A stretch of DNA of 64,000 bases from an uncultured cyanobacterium. GTDB lineage: Bacteria > Cyanobacteriota > Cyanobacteriia > PCC-6307 > Cyanobiaceae. How positions within the stretch are numbered: the stretch's first letter is position 1; each line of letters opens with the position of its first letter. Shown here one piece after another: positions 1-9,122 of the stretch. Location: contig CAVXWZ010000004.1 in the NCBI GenBank assembly GCA_963765575.1, positions 29,820 to 93,819 of the forward strand, in the 5' to 3' direction. The notes beneath the pieces were generated by a model. The model had not been told where the DNA came from and did no database searches. It worked only from the letters and a program-made list of their open reading frames with translations. The position numbers and the translations under genes are program-made.

Positions 1-118
1 GCCTTTCTCCCTGGCGGCGGGGTTCGGCGCCATGGTGCTGTGGATTGCCCTGCTGCTGCCGCTGCTGCTGCTGCTCTGGCGGGCCGGCCTCAAGCGCTAT
101 TCAGCGATGGGGGCCTGA
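1..118 (+). CDS. 3' end of ABC-2 type permease (partial)
   Basis: Frame ends ...LLLWRAGLKRYSAMGA*; its TGA (116-118) overlaps the ATG of the next permease gene. Confidence 0.7.
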   Translation, partial: PFSLAAGFGAMVLWIALLLPLLLLLWRAGLKRYSAMGA

Positions 119-903
119 TGCGCTATCTGATCACCCTGCGGCGCTTCTGGGGCACCGCCCTGGCCACCCAGCTGGAGTACCAGCTCAATGCCGGCATCGA
201 GCTGCTGGCGATGGCGGGCAACCTTGCCGGCAGCCTGATGGTGCTGTGGCTGTTCGAGCGCCAGGGGGTGGCGCTGGGGGGCTGGAGCTGGCACGCCGTG
301 CTGGTGGTGCTGGGCGCCTACACCTGTCTGGACGGCCTCACCAGCACGCTGCTGCGCCCCAACCTCAGCCGCATCGTCAATCACGTGCAGGAGGGCACCC
401 TCGATTTCGTGCTGCTGAAGCCGATCGACAGCCAGTTCTGGTTGTCGCTGCGCACCCTCAGCCCCGCCGGTCTGCCGGAGATGGGGGTGGGGGTGGGACT
501 GATGCTCTGGGCCGCTCGCCAGGAGCTCGGCGTGCTGTCCCCCGCCGGTGTGCTCACGGCCGGGCTGCTGTTGCTGGCCGCCGCCCTGATCCTCTACGCC
601 CTCTGGTTCGTGCTGGCGGCCACCTCGATCTGGTTCGTCAAGACCTGGAACGCCACCGAAGTGCTGCGGGCGGCCCTCACCGCCGGTCGCTACCCGATCA
701 GCGCCTACCCCTCCGGCCTGCGCACCCTGTTCACCCTGGTGCTGCCGGTGGCCTTCCTCACCACGGTGCCGGCTGAGGCGCTGCTGGGCCGGCTCACCCT
801 CGCCGGAGCTCTCACCAGCCTGATGGTGGCGGCGGTGGCCCTGGCGATCAGCCGGGTGTTCTGGCGCTTCGCGCTGCGCTACTACACATCCGCCTCCAGT
901 TGA
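118..903 (+). CDS. ABC-2 family transporter permease (DUF990-like)
   Basis: Multi-TM protein with GTLDFVLLKPIDSQFWLS and GRYP motifs, ending RYYTSASS. Confidence 0.85.
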   Translation: MRYLITLRRFWGTALATQLEYQLNAGIELLAMAGNLAGSLMVLWLFERQGVALGGWSWHAVLVVLGAYTCLDGLTSTLLRPNLSRIVNHVQEGTLDFVLLKPIDSQFWLSLRTLSPAGLPEMGVGVGLMLWAARQELGVLSPAGVLTAGLLLLAAALILYALWFVLAATSIWFVKTWNATEVLRAALTAGRYPISAYPSGLRTLFTLVLPVAFLTTVPAEALLGRLTLAGALTSLMVAAVALAISRVFWRFALRYYTSASS

Positions 904-932
904 GGCCCCGCCTGGGGGGCGGGCGCGCTGAA

Positions 933-1250
933 ATGGTCGGCAACTCCCTGCTGGCTGCCATGGCCTGTCCCCACTGCGGCAGCTGGTCGGTGAAGGCCGA
1001 CCGCAGCCTGGCCGGCCGACTGGTGTGTGGTCGCTGCGGCAAGCCCCTGGGTCCGGGCGCATCACGCCGTGCCCGTCCTGCCCGGCCCTCCGGCCGCCCC
1101 AACCTGAGCCTGCCGCGGGGCCCCTGGCCGTGGCTGGCCGCGCTGCTGGCGGTGTCGGCCTTGCTGGCCTGGCTGGCGGACTCCAACCCCCAGCGGCCTC
1201 GCCGTTCGCCCGGGGCTGGCTCCGCGCCGATGTCCCAGCCGTGGCGATGA
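933..1250 (+). CDS. Small Zn-ribbon protein with C-terminal TM helix
   Basis: CPHC...CGRC pair followed by the hydrophobic segment WPWLAALLAVSALLAWL; start could be 960. Confidence 0.65.
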   Translation: MVGNSLLAAMACPHCGSWSVKADRSLAGRLVCGRCGKPLGPGASRRARPARPSGRPNLSLPRGPWPWLAALLAVSALLAWLADSNPQRPRRSPGAGSAPMSQPWR

Positions 1251-1303
1251 GCGATCCCCGTGGCTCCGCCTGGCCATTGGCCTCCCTCCGTTGTTGTATT
1301 CCC

Positions 1304-1876
1304 ATGAATCGTTCCGCCAAGGTCGCCCCCATGCCCGCACCCCTTCCTGCCGCCAAGACCCAGGCTGGGGACCTTCGGCTCTGTGTTCCGCTCAGGGCCC
1401 CGCTCAGCCCGCGTCGTCTGCGCTCCCTGGTGCTGGCCGGGCCCCTGGCCCTGGCGTTGCTGCTGCTGCTGATCAGGCCGGCCGTCGCCCAGGCTGCTCT
1501 GCTGCACCTGGTGGGCCCCGTACCGGCGGAGATCGGCGGCACTGAAGGCCGGCTGGCGGCCTGCCCCACCAGCGCCCACTGCGCGCGGGCCGACTGGCCC
1601 AGCGCCGATCCCGCCGCTGCCCTGGATGAGCTGGAAGGCCTGCTCGCCGACGATCCCGCCATTGCCGTGGAGGAGCGCCGGGGGCCGTACCTGCACGCCA
1701 CCGCCACCAGCAGGATCTTCGGGTTCGTGGACGACCTGGAACTGCTGGCCGACCCGGCACAGGGCCTGCTGCAGGCCCGCTCGGTGTCGCGGCTGGGTGA
1801 TTCCGACCTGGGCGTCAACGCCCGCCGGCTGGAGCGGCTGCGCGTCGAGCTCGGCGCGGACCAGCCCGGGGGCTGA
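1304..1876 (+). CDS. DUF1499 family protein
   Basis: LAACP..HC, YLHATATSRIFGFVDDLE and RSVSRLGDSDLGVNARR motifs; start uncertain. Confidence 0.85.
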   Translation: MNRSAKVAPMPAPLPAAKTQAGDLRLCVPLRAPLSPRRLRSLVLAGPLALALLLLLIRPAVAQAALLHLVGPVPAEIGGTEGRLAACPTSAHCARADWPSADPAAALDELEGLLADDPAIAVEERRGPYLHATATSRIFGFVDDLELLADPAQGLLQARSVSRLGDSDLGVNARRLERLRVELGADQPGG

Positions 1877-1881
1877 CCGGC

Positions 1882-2952
1882 ATGCCCCCGCCTTCGCCGT
1901 CCTGTCGCCCCTTGCTAGTGGGGTACTACGGCGAGCACAACCTCGGCGATGACGCCCTGCTGCAGGTGCTTCTCTCCCAGCTGCCCGCGCACTGCACCCC
2001 CACCGTCACCGCCCGGGATCTGGCCGAGGTGCGTCAGCGGTTCGGGGTGGCCACGGTGGATCGACGCCGGTTCGACAGGGTGCTGGCGGCCCTGGGGCCC
2101 TGCGACGCCCTGGTGTTCGGCGGCGGCAGCCTGCTGCAGGACACCACGAGCTTCGCCAGCCTGATTTATTACGCGGCTCTGATCAGCGCCGCTCGCCTGC
2201 GCGGGCTGCCGGTGCTGCTCTGGGCCCAGGGACTGGGCCCCCTGCGGCGGCGCCGCAGCCGGCTGCTGGTGGGTGCGCTGCTGCGACTGGTGAGTGGCTG
2301 CAGCTGGCGGGATGCCGAGTCGGCGGCCCTGGCCCGCACGCTCGGTTGGCAGCCCACGTCCGGCTCCGGGGTGGGCAGCGATCCCGTCTGGAGTTTGGAC
2401 CCATCACCCTGGATCGGTCGGGCCGGGCCGATCGTGCTTTGCTTCCGCCCCACGCCCCAGCTGCGGGGCAACGCCTGGCGACCCTGGCTGAAGGCGCTAG
2501 AGCAGCTGGCACCGGAACGGGAGCTGCTCTGGCTGCCCTTCCACCGCCACCAGGACAGGGGTCTGCTGGCCCAACTGCGCCGCGAGGGCCTGCTCAGCGA
2601 TGCCATGGCGGCCCGCAGCCGGGAATTGGCGCCCGAGACCCCCGAGGAGGCCATGGCGGTGTGCGCCGGCAGCGGCCTGGTGCTGGCGATGCGCTTGCAC
2701 GGCCTGATCCTGGCGGCGGTGAGCGGTGCTCCGGTTGCCGCCCTCAGCTACGACCCCAAGGTGGCCGCCGCTGCCGCCGCCCTGGGCTGCCCCCTGGCGG
2801 ATCTGGGCCTGCCTCCTGCTCCAGCAGAACTGCTGAACGAGTGGCGGGGCAATCTCGACCGGCCGCCCGATGCCCGCCGGCTTGAGGAGCTGCGGAAGGC
2901 CACCGTTGTGCACCGCCTCTTATTGAAAGGGGTGTTCGGGGGGGAAGCATGA
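1882..2952 (+). CDS. csaB: Polysaccharide pyruvyl transferase
   Basis: GYYGEHNLGDDA, FGGGSLLQD, AMRLHG and SYDPKV motifs. Confidence 0.9.
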   Translation: MPPPSPSCRPLLVGYYGEHNLGDDALLQVLLSQLPAHCTPTVTARDLAEVRQRFGVATVDRRRFDRVLAALGPCDALVFGGGSLLQDTTSFASLIYYAALISAARLRGLPVLLWAQGLGPLRRRRSRLLVGALLRLVSGCSWRDAESAALARTLGWQPTSGSGVGSDPVWSLDPSPWIGRAGPIVLCFRPTPQLRGNAWRPWLKALEQLAPERELLWLPFHRHQDRGLLAQLRREGLLSDAMAARSRELAPETPEEAMAVCAGSGLVLAMRLHGLILAAVSGAPVAALSYDPKVAAAAAALGCPLADLGLPPAPAELLNEWRGNLDRPPDARRLEELRKATVVHRLLLKGVFGGEA

Positions 2953-3056
2953 TGCCGTTCAGTTTGCCGGACCCAGACGTCCTCTCTCCTCATCCTTCGC
3001 GCTGGCCGCGCTTCGCGTTGCTGAGGTCCACCATCACCATCCTTGCCAGGTCGTCC

Positions 3057-3416
3057 ATGTCCCCCCTGATTCGCTCTCGACACCTGATCCCGGCCGTTCT
3101 GCTGGCGGCAGGACTGGCCACCTCAGCCCATGCTCAGCCCCAGGTGCAGGGCAGCCCGCTGCGGTCGCTGCTCGACAATGGCGCCGGCCGGCTGCTGTGG
3201 AGCTACGACGGCATCCGTCACGTGGAACTGCCCCTCGCTGACGGCAAGGCGGTGATCGGCCTGAGCTGCGAGCGCCAGACCTGGACCCTGTTCACCATCG
3301 AGCGCGATGGCCGGGAGGTCTACAGCTTCAGAAACGACCCGGACTGGGGCTACCAGCCCGCGGGCCCGATCGCTTCATCTCCCCTGTGCACGGACCCCGT
3401 GCCGGTGGCCGAGTGA
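3057..3416 (+). CDS. Hypothetical secreted protein
   Basis: Signal-peptide-like LIPAVLLAAGLATSAHA; two Cys; start chosen at the internal ATG. Confidence 0.6.
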   Translation: MSPLIRSRHLIPAVLLAAGLATSAHAQPQVQGSPLRSLLDNGAGRLLWSYDGIRHVELPLADGKAVIGLSCERQTWTLFTIERDGREVYSFRNDPDWGYQPAGPIASSPLCTDPVPVAE

Positions 3417-3446
3417 GGGTCGGCCACCGCCTGCAGCAAGGCCTTT

Positions 3447-4421
3447 TCAGTCAGCTGGTGCCAGCGGGATGGCGTCGTTGAAGGTGGGATTTCCCGAGAG
3501 CACGGCCGTGCCGTCCGGCATGCCCTCGGCGGCGCTGATCCGCTCCCTCTCCACGTAGCGCTCGCCGTCGAAGACGTGGCGCACATAGGTGGCCGGTGCT
3601 CCGCCGCCGGACTGCAGCCGCCAGAGGTCTTGCCAGCCGTTGTTGCGGCTTTCCGAGATCACGATCGGCACCCGGCTGGTCGGGAAGTCGTTCACCAGCA
3701 CGTAACCCTTCGCGGTGGATCGATACACCTGCAGATTGCAGCCGCCGGTGCCGCAGAAGAATGAGCCCATCAGATACACCAGCACCTCCTGGGACCCGTC
3801 GTCATCGAGATCGATGGCGGCGTGCACGTAGCGGGCCCAGCGCTCCTCGTCGCCGCCCACCATGTCCTGCCGGTAGTCAGGCACGGCCTGGCGGATCGCC
3901 GCCTCGAGACCGGCATCGGCCTCGCTGCTGAAACGCACTTCGGCAGCGGGCAGCGGCTCGAAGAGCAGGATGCCGCCATCGGCCAGCAGACTCAGACTGA
4001 GCTGGCCTCCCTGCAGTCTGTAGCCGCGCACGGCGGGCAGCTGGGCGCTCAGGGTCTCCCCCAGGCTGGGCGGTGGGCACAGGGCGCTGGTGGTGGCCAG
4101 GGGCCCGAAGCGAAAGCCGCCGTTGGTGGGATCGCTGCTGGGCTCCACGGTCCAGGATCCGGACGCACGGTTGCAGTCCAGCTGGAGGACCGCACGGCCG
4201 TCGGCCTGAAGGCGCAGGGTGTAGCGGGAGGGATCAGGGGGTCTTCGGATGCCCTGGCCTTCATCCATCGAGCGAATGTCGACCAGCCGCCAGGCCGTGT
4301 CTCGAAGCGGTGAGGATCTCGTCTGCTCCCTGGCCTGGAGGCCGGACAGAGGGGGCAGCGCCGTCAGGGCCGCTGAGAGGAACAGCGCGGCGCTGCCGAT
4401 GACCTGACAGGGCTGTTTCAT
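3447..4421 (-). CDS. META-domain (HslJ-like) secreted protein with C-terminal DxDxDG/CGTGGC domain
   Basis: L..TAWRLV, LDCNRASGSW and FGPLATTSALC (META-like); then IDLDDDGSQEVLVY..FCGTGGC. Confidence 0.75.
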   Translation of the reverse strand: MKQPCQVIGSAALFLSAALTALPPLSGLQAREQTRSSPLRDTAWRLVDIRSMDEGQGIRRPPDPSRYTLRLQADGRAVLQLDCNRASGSWTVEPSSDPTNGGFRFGPLATTSALCPPPSLGETLSAQLPAVRGYRLQGGQLSLSLLADGGILLFEPLPAAEVRFSSEADAGLEAAIRQAVPDYRQDMVGGDEERWARYVHAAIDLDDDGSQEVLVYLMGSFFCGTGGCNLQVYRSTAKGYVLVNDFPTSRVPIVISESRNNGWQDLWRLQSGGGAPATYVRHVFDGERYVERERISAAEGMPDGTAVLSGNPTFNDAIPLAPAD

Positions 4422-4586
4422 CGGTTCTGCGTCTGGGGAGGCTGCTGCGGTCTGTGTCCGGGGAAACCCGATAAGGCCATCCTGGCCTTGACCAGGTCCA
4501 GCCCGGACCGTACCCTTTCTGGGCTGAAGTGGATTGCTATTCCCGTAGCACCATTCGCCATTCGTCACTTCAACATTTCACAATTC

Positions 4587-5324
4587 GTGCATTTCTCACT
4601 CCGATCACTCAGCTCCCTTGCCGGTTGCGGCCTGTTTCTGGTCAGCGCCGGTGCTGCCCTCCCCTCAGCTGCCGTGGCCGATGTGCTCGTGCGCGCTCAG
4701 GGCCGCTGCAAGCTGGTGAGCGGTGGCTATGAGGCGTTCAATGGTCACTGCACCTTCAAGCACAAGGAGGCGGGCAGCGGCAACGAGGCCTATGTGGTGA
4801 AGCTCGACGACGGCACCGACTTCGTGTTCCGTGGCCCCAATGCCGACGCCCTTTCGGTGCAGACCTACCGCGGCATCGTCAATGTCAGGCACAAGGCCGA
4901 GGCGAACCATGAAGTGTTCGCCTGGGACGACGGCGAGAAGCGACGCCTTTCGGTGCGCATGGATCAGCTCCAGAACTCCAACGCCAAGTTCGACGACGAC
5001 AACAACACCGCCGCCATTCTGGGCGGAGCCGCCGGAGCGGCCCTGATCGGCGCCATCCTCGCCGGGACCACCCAGGGGAATGTCTCCGAACCCACCGGCA
5101 TAGGGGATCCAGTGGGGGAACTGCAGAGCCTGGTGGGAGCCAAAGGTGGCATGGCCGAACAACAGATCGTGGCTAAGGGCTATGTCTATCGCGGTGGAAG
5201 CACCGGTATCTCCAGCAAGTTCAGCTTCTGGAAGCAGCCCCGCACCAGCAACTGCGTGGGTGTGCAGACCACCGAGGGTCGGTACCAGAAAATCGTCTAT
5301 GCCGACAAGAGCAACTGCAACTGA
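4587..5324 (+). CDS. Hypothetical secreted two-domain protein
   Basis: Signal peptide, N-domain with a Cys pair, glycine-zipper-like GGAAGAALIGAILAG, C-domain LVGAKG...FW...CV.V.T.EGRY...C; start uncertain. Confidence 0.7.
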   Translation: MHFSLRSLSSLAGCGLFLVSAGAALPSAAVADVLVRAQGRCKLVSGGYEAFNGHCTFKHKEAGSGNEAYVVKLDDGTDFVFRGPNADALSVQTYRGIVNVRHKAEANHEVFAWDDGEKRRLSVRMDQLQNSNAKFDDDNNTAAILGGAAGAALIGAILAGTTQGNVSEPTGIGDPVGELQSLVGAKGGMAEQQIVAKGYVYRGGSTGISSKFSFWKQPRTSNCVGVQTTEGRYQKIVYADKSNCN

Positions 5325-5381
5325 TCTGGCCGCTGCGCAGTAGCGCCAGCACGCAGCGGGGCACAGCCCGCAGCGTTCCAG

Positions 5382-5433
5382 AAATCAGCCAATGAACATC
5401 ATCGTAAGTACGTTGATATTCATTGGCTGATTT
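5382..5433. repeat. Near-perfect ~25-bp-arm AT-rich inverted repeat between convergent genes
   Basis: aaatcagccaatgaacatcatcgta-ag-tacgttgatattcattggctgattt; arms complementary with 2 mismatches. Confidence 0.85.
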
Positions 5434-5506
5434 TCCTGACTTAATCCCATCCCACTCCTGTGCTCTTGATCTGAACACGGTCCAGCGGGGTCGAGGGGCG
5501 TCTCGT

Positions 5507-5779
5507 TCAACGGCTTAAGCGTCTCAGCAAGGCCAGCAGAACCCAGACCGCCAGCCCGGCCAGCACAGGACCGATCAGCAGCAGGTCCACCCGGATGTTG
5601 GCCGCAGGGGTCAGGGCCTGCACCAGGCCTTCCCAGCAGGCAAAACCAAGCCAGCCGATCGAGTTCGCCACCAGTGCACGGCGAATGGGTGGGAGCGCAG
5701 CCGCTGCCAGGGCCCATAACCCTGCCACGAAGAAGATCAACAGGGGGCGTCCGATCAGGGCTGCCAAAGCTGCTGTCAT
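5507..5779 (-). CDS. Small 3-TM membrane protein (ANIRVDLLLI family)
   Basis: Hydrophobic; WEGLVQ.LTP.ANIRVDLLLI shared with 11291-11581. Confidence 0.75.
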   Translation of the reverse strand: MTAALAALIGRPLLIFFVAGLWALAAAALPPIRRALVANSIGWLGFACWEGLVQALTPAANIRVDLLLIGPVLAGLAVWVLLALLRRLSR

Positions 5780-6092
5780 GGCCTGGATCACGGTTGTTGG
5801 TGACGTTTGATCCCACTGGCACGACAAGCCCCACCGAGTGGGATTGATCGAAAGCGGCTCAAACAATCAATGTATCGGATAGGCAGAGCCCTGAATGCCG
5901 GCAGAACCTTGGGTTGGCGGTTGTCGATCTCCCTGCTCTCAGTCTCACCGCTGCCGGTTTCACCGCACCGGTTTCACCGAGGAACGCCAGTGTGGGCCAT
6001 CTGACTGCTGACGGAAGCTTCGCGATGTTAAGAGCGGCAGACAGGCCCTGCTCGGCTGAATAGTTTGATGGTCATCCACCCCGTCGCGCCAG

Positions 6093-6299
6093 ATGACAGT
6101 AGGTGACATTTTCCGCATCATCCTTGCGTTCATCCTGCCTCCTTTGGCAGTTGCCACGCAGGTGGGATTCAGCGGTGCCTTCTGGCTTAATCTTCTGCTC
6201 TGGCTGTTGAGCTTCGGTGCGTTGGGTCTGCCGTTGATGGGGATCATGTGGCCGGTGGCGATCATTCACGCCATCTACATCATCATCACCCGCAAATAG
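6093..6299 (+). CDS. YqaE/Pmp3 family membrane proteolipid
   Basis: RIILAFILPPLAV...FWLNLLL...AIIHAIYII signature. Confidence 0.9.
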   Translation: MTVGDIFRIILAFILPPLAVATQVGFSGAFWLNLLLWLLSFGALGLPLMGIMWPVAIIHAIYIIITRK

Positions 6300-6348
6300 T
6301 CTTCTGCTCCACCCTCCAGCCGGCGCGTCCAGCATTCCTCCTTTCACC

Positions 6349-6603
6349 ATGACCCAGACTCCAGATCAGAATCCCCAGCGCCCTGAGCAGCCGATCATCG
6401 TTCAGCAGGGTGGGAATGGCACGGGCATCGCTCTTGTGATTGCCGCTCTGATCCTTGCCGGTGGCGCCATCTGGGCCGTCAGCATCTGGTCCGACACCCA
6501 GCTCAAGATGATCCAGGCTCCCGCTGAAGCCATCAAGAAGGGAGCTGAAACCATCAAGGAAGGGGTGGAGGGGGCCGCGAAGGCCATCAAACCTGGCTCC
6601 TGA
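6349..6603 (+). CDS. Small single-TM hypothetical protein
   Basis: One TM helix and an amphipathic C-terminal AEAIKKGAETIKEG repeat. Confidence 0.7.
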   Translation: MTQTPDQNPQRPEQPIIVQQGGNGTGIALVIAALILAGGAIWAVSIWSDTQLKMIQAPAEAIKKGAETIKEGVEGAAKAIKPGS

Positions 6604-6624
6604 CAAACACCATCACCACCATCC

Positions 6625-7560
6625 ATGGCACGACCATTGAGGCGATCAGTTCTGCCGACGGCCACAGGTCGGTGGCTTTTTCTGATGCTCGGGCTTTCCA
6701 TCGCCGCCTGTCTTCCCAGTGCTCGCGCAGCCGGGGACATCGCAGCTCCGACAGGCCCGCTGCTGGCCCAGGCGGCCCCCAGTGCAGCCACCGGACGTCC
6801 CTACGACAGCTACATGCGTCTGGGCTACGCCGCCTCCAAGCGTGGTGACCACCTGGCTGCCGTCACCTATTTCCGGGATGCCCTCTTCTACGTGCCGAGT
6901 GATCGGGAGGCCACCATCGCCTACTGGAACGAACGGCGCGCACTTCACGACCAGCAGGCCCCTGCAGACCGTACTCCGCGCGAGAGTGCCTACGACCGCT
7001 TCATGCGCCTCGGCTACGACGAAACCCATTCCCGTGATTACCAGTCAGCACTGATCAATTTCCGCCGGGCCCTGGTCGAGCGTCCGGGGGACTATTACGC
7101 CAGCCAGGCCGTGCGCAACGTGAAGGCCTACATCGCCGGTGAGAAGGGCCAGTCCCTTCCCACGATTGAGGCAGCCAACCTGAGCGTGGCATCCGGGCAC
7201 TACAGCGGCGAATCCTCCTACGATCGTTATATGCGCCTCGGCTACGCTGCCGCCAAGGAACGCAATTTCACCCAGGCTGCCGATTATTTCCGCAGTGCTC
7301 TCTACGAGCGGCCGAATGACCGCATGGCCACGATTGCCTACTGGAACCAGAAGCATGCGTTGAACAGCAGCTCCACCGGCAGGCCCGCCCGCGTGGACAC
7401 CGCCACGTACGAGCGGCTCATGCGGCTCGGCTATGACGCCACCCAGCGCCGCCACTTCAGTCAGGCCCTCGCTCACTTCCAGGCGGCACTGCGCGTGAAG
7501 CCCGGCGATCCCTACGCCACCCAGGCCGTGCGCAACGTCAGCAGCTACCTGCAGCGCTGA
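6625..7560 (+). CDS. Secreted TPR-like repeat protein (4 x YxxxMRLGY repeats)
   Basis: Signal peptide; four ~48-aa repeats with A...F..AL...P.D..A TPR spacing. Confidence 0.8.
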   Translation: MARPLRRSVLPTATGRWLFLMLGLSIAACLPSARAAGDIAAPTGPLLAQAAPSAATGRPYDSYMRLGYAASKRGDHLAAVTYFRDALFYVPSDREATIAYWNERRALHDQQAPADRTPRESAYDRFMRLGYDETHSRDYQSALINFRRALVERPGDYYASQAVRNVKAYIAGEKGQSLPTIEAANLSVASGHYSGESSYDRYMRLGYAAAKERNFTQAADYFRSALYERPNDRMATIAYWNQKHALNSSSTGRPARVDTATYERLMRLGYDATQRRHFSQALAHFQAALRVKPGDPYATQAVRNVSSYLQR

Positions 7561-7576
7561 CCGGCCCCGCGTGGGA

Positions 7577-8326
7577 TCAGCCGCCGAACACCACAGCCTC
7601 CGGCAGTTCGTAGCGCTCGTTGCCCACCCGGACGGTGTACAGGTCCCCCTCCTTGCTGGCGGAGAAGGAACCGCTGCCATCGGCCTCGCTGGTGTCGGCG
7701 CCGATGGCCCGGCCCATGCGGAAGTACAACGCCCGCTTGCCCCCATCAGCCCGCGTCAGCACGACGGTGGCGTACCCGCCACCGGCCCGTGCCACCCCGA
7801 ACGGGCAATTTCCCAACGGCTGCCCTGGAGCGCTGGCACAGGAGATGGACCCGCTGGCATCGAAATCACCCTGCCCGGCACGCAGGGCGGAATCGTCGCT
7901 TCCCTTCTCCACAGCCCCATGGGGAGCCACGGCGGGCTGCAGCAGTTCGGCGGCCACGAATCCCCGGGGCCCGCCGCCCAGGGGTTGCACATCGCACCAG
8001 GTGCGGCCTTCCGCCAGGCGGCAGCCGAGGTTGTCGAGCACCTTCCCGGCGCTGAAGGTGGTCAGCACAGAGGAGGACACCGACGCTGTCTCGCGCAGGT
8101 TCACGCCATCGCTGCGCACGGTCCAGTTGCGAGGCCCCCCCTCCTCCGGGCTCGCCGCAGGTTTGGATGCAGAGCCTTCGGGGAGTTCCCGGGATGGCTC
8201 CGCTGGTTCTGCAGACGGCTCCTGCGCCGTATCCGTCCGACCGCAGGCAACCACCGTCAGTGCGAGGCCGAGGACAAGCCCTGTTGCGGCCGCACGGAGT
8301 TGGATCGGGGCTGTGGGAATCGGCAT
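7577..8326 (-). CDS. SH3b-domain lipoprotein (copy 1)
   Basis: Lipobox LTVVAC; GVNLRETASVSSSVL...LGC...WCDV...RGFV SH3b-like domain; C-domain ending RYELPEAVVFGG. Confidence 0.75.
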   Translation of the reverse strand: MPIPTAPIQLRAAATGLVLGLALTVVACGRTDTAQEPSAEPAEPSRELPEGSASKPAASPEEGGPRNWTVRSDGVNLRETASVSSSVLTTFSAGKVLDNLGCRLAEGRTWCDVQPLGGGPRGFVAAELLQPAVAPHGAVEKGSDDSALRAGQGDFDASGSISCASAPGQPLGNCPFGVARAGGGYATVVLTRADGGKRALYFRMGRAIGADTSEADGSGSFSASKEGDLYTVRVGNERYELPEAVVFGG

Positions 8327-8474
8327 GGTGCGCAGCTGGCTGTCCTCACCGTGGCAATGAAGCACCATCTCGGTGCTCCCGCCAGAACTCGCGCAATCAG
8401 GAGCATTCGGCACTGCTCGCCAAGGCCACGCTCGGCCATAGGGTGGTGGCGATTTGTCAGTGTGATTCCACGGA

Positions 8475-9122
8475 ATGCTGCGTCGGATCCTGCGGGAACT
8501 GGCGGAGTCCGCTCCGCTCGCATGGCTGGTCGGAGCCGGGATTGGAGCCGCCATGGTCAGCCTGATGAGCGGCACTCTGGGAGAGAGCAGCAACGAGAGT
8601 CTGGAGGCTCTGGTCCTGGGATCCCTGCAGGTGGTCACACCAGTGGGGGTGAGCCTGATCTGGATCTGCCGCTGCGCACCGCTGCGTCTGGCGGCGGCCG
8701 TGCGAAGCCGGCGGCGTGGGGCTCCCCAGAACGTCATGACATCCCGGCGGTGGCATGGGGTCGAGTTGGAGATTGCGGCCGCTGCCTGCAGCGGGATGCT
8801 GCTGGCGCCCTGGTTTGAGCTCGGGGTCCTGCTTGGCGGCATGCTCACCACCCCGCGGGCAGGCTTCGGTCTGGCCAGTGAGCTGCAGGAACTCATCCGC
8901 CTGATGACGGCCTCGGACCTTCTTCAGTGCGTCCTTCGGGCTGGGATGTTCACCGCTGCAGCACAGGGCGTCTGCCTCCGCAAGGCTGCACAGTTCAGGG
9001 ACACCGACGACGCGCTGGCTCGGCTGCTGGCGGATGCCATCCCGCAGTGCCTCCTGGTGGTGATGGCACTGGAGGTGATCTGGCTGACCCTGCTGGTTCC
9101 TCTGCACGGCACCTACGCATGA
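8475..9122 (+). CDS. Divergent MlaE-like permease
   Basis: Multi-TM protein whose stop overlaps the ATG of the MlaD gene (ATGA); sequence similarity to MlaE weak by eye. Confidence 0.5.
   Translation: MLRRILRELAESAPLAWLVGAGIGAAMVSLMSGTLGESSNESLEALVLGSLQVVTPVGVSLIWICRCAPLRLAAAVRSRRRGAPQNVMTSRRWHGVELEIAAAACSGMLLAPWFELGVLLGGMLTTPRAGFGLASELQELIRLMTASDLLQCVLRAGMFTAAAQGVCLRKAAQFRDTDDALARLLADAIPQCLLVVMALEVIWLTLLVPLHGTYA

Noticed and set aside
4548..4600. Weak heptamer-like CATTCGY periodicity
   Set aside because: Too degenerate to distinguish from AT-rich promoter sequence
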